Notes under the pieces: generated by a model
What the model saw: the letters and a program-made list of their open reading frames with translations, nothing else
Told to the model about the DNA's origin: nothing
The model's database searches: none
Program-made: the position numbers and the translations under genes
In this document: in pieces, positions 59,212 to 64,000 of the stretch
Position numbering within the stretch: position 1 is the first letter of the stretch
Layout of the letters: every line of letters begins with the position of its first letter
Assembly: GCA_963727895.1 (NCBI GenBank)
Contig: CAVSHT010000005.1
Span: 320,001 to 384,000, forward strand
Source: an uncultured Methanosarcinaceae archaeon
Lineage (GTDB): Archaea > Halobacteriota > Methanosarcinia > Methanosarcinales > Methanosarcinaceae
Direction of reading: 5' to 3'
DNA length: 64,000 nt

Positions 59212-59604
59212 ATGCGAAAAAATATGTTTAAAACAGTATGTATTTTTACATTGGTCTTTTTAGTTCTGTCAATGACAGGAGCAGCATGCAGTAACAGTTG
59301 TAAAACAAAAACAGATGCAAGAAACGATGTTTTTACATGTAGCTGTAAATCTTGTTGCCATAATGTTCTGAGTAACGACAAAGGATGCAGCCTTAAAGTT
59401 ACAAACACAGGAACTATCAAGACCAAACTCGGCGGCACAGTAAAGATGTCCAGCAACGGTAAGTTCTGTTACACAAAACCAGCAAGCTGCAAATCTTGCA
59501 CTGACAGTTTCAAATACTGTGTAAAAGGTAAAAATGGATCTGATTGTGCAACCGTTACAATTAAAAACAGTTGCTCAAGCTGTTCAAGCTGCTCAACCTG
59601 CTGA
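59212..59604 (+). CDS. Secreted Cys-rich protein with one Ig-like (Big_9/cadherin-like) domain
   Basis: Signal peptide, then ARND..VLSND..GTVKMSSNGKFCYT..DSFKY..ATVTI. GGAGG SD. Confidence 0.72.
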   Translation: MRKNMFKTVCIFTLVFLVLSMTGAACSNSCKTKTDARNDVFTCSCKSCCHNVLSNDKGCSLKVTNTGTIKTKLGGTVKMSSNGKFCYTKPASCKSCTDSFKYCVKGKNGSDCATVTIKNSCSSCSSCSTC

Positions 59605-60433
59605 AAGTACCTTCAGTACTTGATTCGGTAGGAATACTTTTGCAATCAAACACATTAAAGGGAAAAGGAAGGGTTGATCTTCCGGGGTTTAAACCCTAAA
59701 TCCCTTAATGCTTTTACTTAATTACTATCTATTTTTACCCGTTCTTGATGTTGATAGAACTGAATTCTATTTTGCTGGGATATTTTATCCTCAGCGTGGC
59801 AATATTACCACTTCTTCAATCCTAGCTTAAGGATATTGGCTTGCCAATCACACTTATTACACTAATATCCCCTAAACCCACTACAGCGGCTCTATATATC
59901 TTACAGTAGCCAGCCTGCCCGATGCGTTGTTACCCACACATCGGAGTGCTGAGATGGGATGTTAGTGTTGATCCTTTTACCCAATACAGCTATGTTTTGG
60001 AAAGAGTTAAGACTTGGAAAAACTTGGTTTCTGGGGCTGGTAAAAGCTCAAGTAGATTCCTTTATGGTTTGTAATCAGTTAAAACAGAATTATCTTTAGG
60101 AAATGAAAATATTTGAAATTATATTTTTCTCATTCCTTAGTATATCCCTAGCAGATATTTTTTGCAACAAAACTCTGTGTAGTCTATGTCTGTGATAAAC
60201 TTTCAACATTTAATTACATTTGTCTGGAGGCAAAAATGCTATCGTTTAATTTTCACCAAATAATACAAGAACCAAAATTACTTGCATCTGTTTTAAAAAC
60301 GCTATCAAGAAAAATATTAGTTTAAAAAATAATGTGGGATCTTGAATATACATAAACAAATATAAAATTATTATCCCCTATGAATCAATAAAAAAGAAAG
60401 TTTTAATAATTATACTTTATTTTAAGTATTCAG

Positions 60434-62004
60434 ATGATTACAAAGGAAGATATAGAAATATCAATTGATAAAAAAGTATATTTGTCTCTTTTAATTATAT
60501 TTTTATTTCTTCTTTCATTAACGGCATCGATAGCTGCTGCACAAACTGCATATATCACTAATGATGATGGAACGGTTTCTGTCATAAATACTGCATCAGA
60601 CATTGTTATAGCCACAGTGCCTGTGGGAAATGATCCTTATGGAACTACAATTACTCCAGATGGAACAATAGTTTATGTGACAGATTACAAAGCTAACAAA
60701 GTTTATGGAATTGACACAGCTACAAATACTGTTACAGCCACAATACCTGTAGGCGATGTCCCTTATGGCATTGCAGTTACGCCAGATGGAAAAAGATCTA
60801 TGTAGCAAATAATGGAGATAAGACAGTTTCGGTAATTGACACAGCGTCAAATAGTGTTATAAAAACAGTTTCTGTGGATAGTAATCCTTATGGAGTAGCA
60901 GTTAACCCATCGGGAACAAAAGCATATGTAACAACCTCAGGTAGTAATTCTGTATATGTAATTGACACTTCAACAGATACTGTTACAGATAAAGTAACTG
61001 GATTAAGTGGTGCCTATGGAATTGCCTTTAATCCAGATGGTTCACAATATTACATAACAGAGAGGGGAACTAACAGTGTTTCTGTCATTGACAGTGAATC
61101 AGATAAGGTTGAGACGAGTGTACCTGTAGAAAAAGACCCACATGGAGTTGCAGTAAGTCCGGATGGAACAAAAGTATATGTAGCTAACCGTGGACAAGAT
61201 AATCGTCAATTAAAAACTGTATCGGTAATTGACGCATCAAGCAATAATGTTATAAGTACGATAAATGTAGGAACCAATCCAAAGGCTTTTGGGCTATTTA
61301 TAAGCAGTTATTCATCAGCCACTGAATCTAATACAGGAACTTCTACTAATACAGGAAATTCAAATAATAATAATAATAATAATTATAATAATAATAATAA
61401 TAATTATAATAATAATCTTGATGTAACTGATATATATCTTGAAAATAATAAACAAAAAGCAAAACTTGCATTCAATCCTACTCCACAAATGATATTTGGT
61501 AAATCAAAAAAAGTTGATGCATACATTACTACGAATCTATCAAAGAATATTTCTCAAGAATACGGATTAAATGGAACACTTCAATCTAAGAATATTAATG
61601 CAACACCAACAGTGAGAGTTACATTAACAGGTGAAACTGGAGCTTTTAACATAGAGACAATCCCTCCGAATTCGAATGGAATTCAGAACATAACAAACGA
61701 TATTGTATATTGGAATTGGCAAGTAACACCACTAGAATCGGGAAAGCATAAACTTTTCTTATCTGTTGAATATGTAATACCTCTAAATGATTATGACTCT
61801 CAAAATTACAAGACTCTCAAAGACATAGAGGAAGAAATAAATGTAAAATCAAACTACGATTATTGGTTTTCAAAATATTTGTGGGAAATACTTGGTGCTA
61901 TAGTTGGAATAGTTGGTATGATAAGTAGTATACTAACTATACTGGAGTTTATACGAAAATTTATACAAGAGTTCCTTAACAAGCATAAAAAAGAGAATAG
62001 TTAA
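60434..62004 (+). pseudogene. Second YVTN protein with C-terminal beta-rich domain and TM anchor; frameshift (A6>A5) near 60790
   Basis: Core DNA is near-identical to the 56083 gene, but the leader and C-terminus differ (WNWQVTPLESGKHKL, TM helix). Confidence 0.85.
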
Positions 62005-62349
62005 GATGATATTGATTAATAGTACTATACTCTAAAGTGTTGGCTACGACAATTTTACATTTGGCATTTTATGAGTATAACTTAAATGAATGATGATTCT
62101 ATTTTTTCCTGCCTGAACTCTATTTTTTCATTAAGGGTTCTCTAGGTATAAGTATTAATGGGCTATCTTTCAGGGTATATATTAAATTTCAAAGTTACTG
62201 CAACGTTTCATTAATTTTTTCAAATTTACTTTCCACTTTATAGACATTTTACCAAATAGACCTAAATATTACATCCAATACTCCACAATAAACGTAGGAA
62301 GGCTACGAGATTGTAGGGGGCTAAAAAGAGGGTTGTGGGAATTTGGTGC

Positions 62350-62766
62350 TTATTTCCGCTCTGCCAACTCATATCCCTGCTCAATCACGTTTACCAACCA
62401 ATCGTTCAAAAACTCATTAAGCTCCTTCTTGAGCTTTGGGCTATACTTTCCTGGCTCTGGATATACCTCTTGATAAATGCCCAGATAGTCGTTTTGAAAA
62501 GTAAGAGCCTCGGCGGATTTTGAAGCTGGGTATATCTTGACTTGCACATCTGGGTCCGCCATCACATCACCGTTCTGGATGCCATTATGAGCTAGAGCAA
62601 TAATATCATTCAAGAGGTTATCTACACTAAGATCCATAAGGCCCGAAGCCTTGAATTTCATATACTCGGCTTGCATAACCCCGGTTTCGTCCAATATCCC
62701 CAGTTCTTGTAGGTTTCTATAAATCGATTCATATATTGTCTGTTTTATTTTACCCACCCACTTCAT
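62350..62766 (-). CDS. DUF1249/DUF6908-like protein
   Basis: Motifs GLMDLSVD, LAHNGIQNGDVMADPDV, AEALTFQND, LNEFLNDWLVN..EQGY. Confidence 0.7.
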   Translation of the reverse strand: MKWVGKIKQTIYESIYRNLQELGILDETGVMQAEYMKFKASGLMDLSVDNLLNDIIALAHNGIQNGDVMADPDVQVKIYPASKSAEALTFQNDYLGIYQEVYPEPGKYSPKLKKELNEFLNDWLVNVIEQGYELAERK

Positions 62767-62917
62767 ATTATTTTATAATGTATATATAATTCCTTCCTCA
62801 TGTATTTTTGGTAATTTTCGATATAGTGAGCCAGTCGTTGGGGATATTTTGGTCGCAGAACTTCGAAGTCACTCGCTACCAAATATTACATAAAGTTTGA
62901 ACTTTATATATAATTAC

Positions 62918-63154
62918 ATGGAGAAAAGTTTATCAACCGAGCCACCAGTTCAAGTTACGAATAAACACAAGACTTTAGTTGATGTCTGTTTTTCTATTGC
63001 TGCATGCATTGGGTACACACAAGGTGTGTTCACAATATCTGATCTAATACTATTTTTCTGTTTGGTGATCATTCTAAACTTTGTAAGTATTTATATCGAA
63101 ATTGACGCCACGAGAATAGGAAAAATCAAACAGTTGATTAGAGAATGTAAATAA
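62918..63154 (+). CDS. Small two-TM hypothetical protein
   Basis: Hydrophobic segments and a downstream hairpin TCGGGGC..GCCCCGA. Confidence 0.45.
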   Translation: MEKSLSTEPPVQVTNKHKTLVDVCFSIAACIGYTQGVFTISDLILFFCLVIILNFVSIYIEIDATRIGKIKQLIRECK

Positions 63155-63234
63155 GTTACCGATCGGGGCTTTAAATAGTCGGCCCCGAATGTATATATTG
63201 TTAAACGGATATAGCGACAAAAAACGAAAATAAA

Positions 63235-63426
63235 TCACGATTCACAGGTTCCAGCTGTGAGTTGTGAAAGACGTAGAAGCATAATTTATCAGTATTTTTT
63301 TGAAGTGATTATCGAGAAGGATTAATATCCAGCCAGACAAAAATGCTAGCGTTGGAATGATTGGAAAATTTATTTCAATCATTCTAAAAAAAATCACAAC
63401 TCACAGCAGGTAACTGCGAATTGTGA
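63235..63426. repeat. Inverted pair of 13-7-13 palindromic sites
   Basis: TCACGATTCACAG-GTTCCAG-CTGTGAGTTGTGA (63235-63267) and TCACAACTCACAG-CAGGTAA-CTGCGAATTGTGA (63394-63426). Confidence 0.75.
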
Positions 63427-63603
63427 AGTCAATTGTTAAGCGTATAGAGTGATGCAGTATCACCAAATTCATCTTATTTTTCTATTTTAGTTTTGTTTAA
63501 TCTAATATCGTGTCGCTTGTTGCTGATTCCCAAACAATATATATTTATACATTTAGTACTATAATAATTTTTGTCTAAAAATAATTAAGTTGGAGGATCA
63601 ATA

Positions 63604-64000
63604 ATGACAAACACACAGAAATTAGATGTGGAATCATATTTCGAAGCAAATAGCAAATTTTTTGAAAGTGGGGATAGTAATGGCAAGAAGGCGTTTTTCT
63701 TATTGGGCCAATACACTAGAAAGGTCATGGAATGCCAAGAGAAAGTCATAGCCGAGAATGGTGGCGAGGATAAATATCAAAAGAGATTGACAAGCCTGGT
63801 GCGAAGCAATATGACCTATAGGGTCTTCGCAGAGCTTAACAAATTGCTTGATGATATAGCACTAAAATGTGACGCAAAGCTGTTTTACACCCACAACGGC
63901 CTGTCAAAACAATATATGATAAACGCAGAGCTACCCAATGACAAAAAGGCTTTGCCTGTAGAAGATAGTAACACAGCTTTTTCGTTGGGACTTTGCCAGA
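63604..64000 (+). CDS. Stand-alone protein resembling the Cas8b/Csh1 C-terminal (Cas11-like) domain; runs off the window
   Basis: GGAGG SD. MTNTQKLDVESYFEANSKFFESGDSNGKKAFFLLGQYTRKVMECQ...SKQYMINAE...LPVEDSNTAFSLGLCQ. Confidence 0.6.
   Translation, partial: MTNTQKLDVESYFEANSKFFESGDSNGKKAFFLLGQYTRKVMECQEKVIAENGGEDKYQKRLTSLVRSNMTYRVFAELNKLLDDIALKCDAKLFYTHNGLSKQYMINAELPNDKKALPVEDSNTAFSLGLCQ

Larger units (their letters stand above)
48000..64000. mobile_element. Integrated plasmid/virus-like element (right end not identified, may lie outside the window)
   Basis: Integrase, Zn-ribbon/RHH operon, DUF927-like helicase, iteron region and cargo genes. Confidence 0.7.

Noticed and set aside
56083..62004. 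Diversity-generating retroelement TR/VR pair
   Set aside because: No reverse transcriptase is present, and the copies differ by indels rather than adenine-specific substitutions.
63150..63600. CRISPR mini-array upstream of the Cas11-like ORF
   Set aside because: The repeats are inverted rather than direct. Only a short ATTTCAATC resembles a repeat end.

Overview
AT-rich archaeal DNA, very probably Methanosarcina. This rests on an MC1 chromatin protein, a connectase/DUF2121 gene, a PocR-PAS sensor, YVTN surface proteins and IS1/IS6/IS21 elements. About 1-19.5 kb is mostly chromosomal genes (permease, SET domain, ABC permease, vWA, HhH-GPD, PAP2, pdxS/pdxT), many of them broken by single stops or frameshifts. 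About 19.5-47 kb is dense with IS1 copies, IS6 copies, a nested IS21, MITEs and hairpins, with small secreted-protein genes, MC1, a truncated PocR/PAS sensor and a PadR-MFS pair between them. From about 48.0 kb to the window end is an apparent integrated plasmid/virus-like element at the 3' end of an AI-2E transporter gene. It carries a tyrosine integrase, an array of Zn-ribbon/RHH genes, a DUF927-like helicase and an iteron-like origin. Its cargo genes are separated by a recurring GGATATTT...AAATATCC palindromic unit. The most notable item is an ORF missing from the track at the right edge (63604 onward) that resembles a stand-alone Cas8b C-terminal (Cas11-like) domain, preceded by an inverted pair of 13-7-13 palindromic sites. 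No rRNA, tRNA or CRISPR array was seen. Family calls come from motif recognition by eye, not from database searches.
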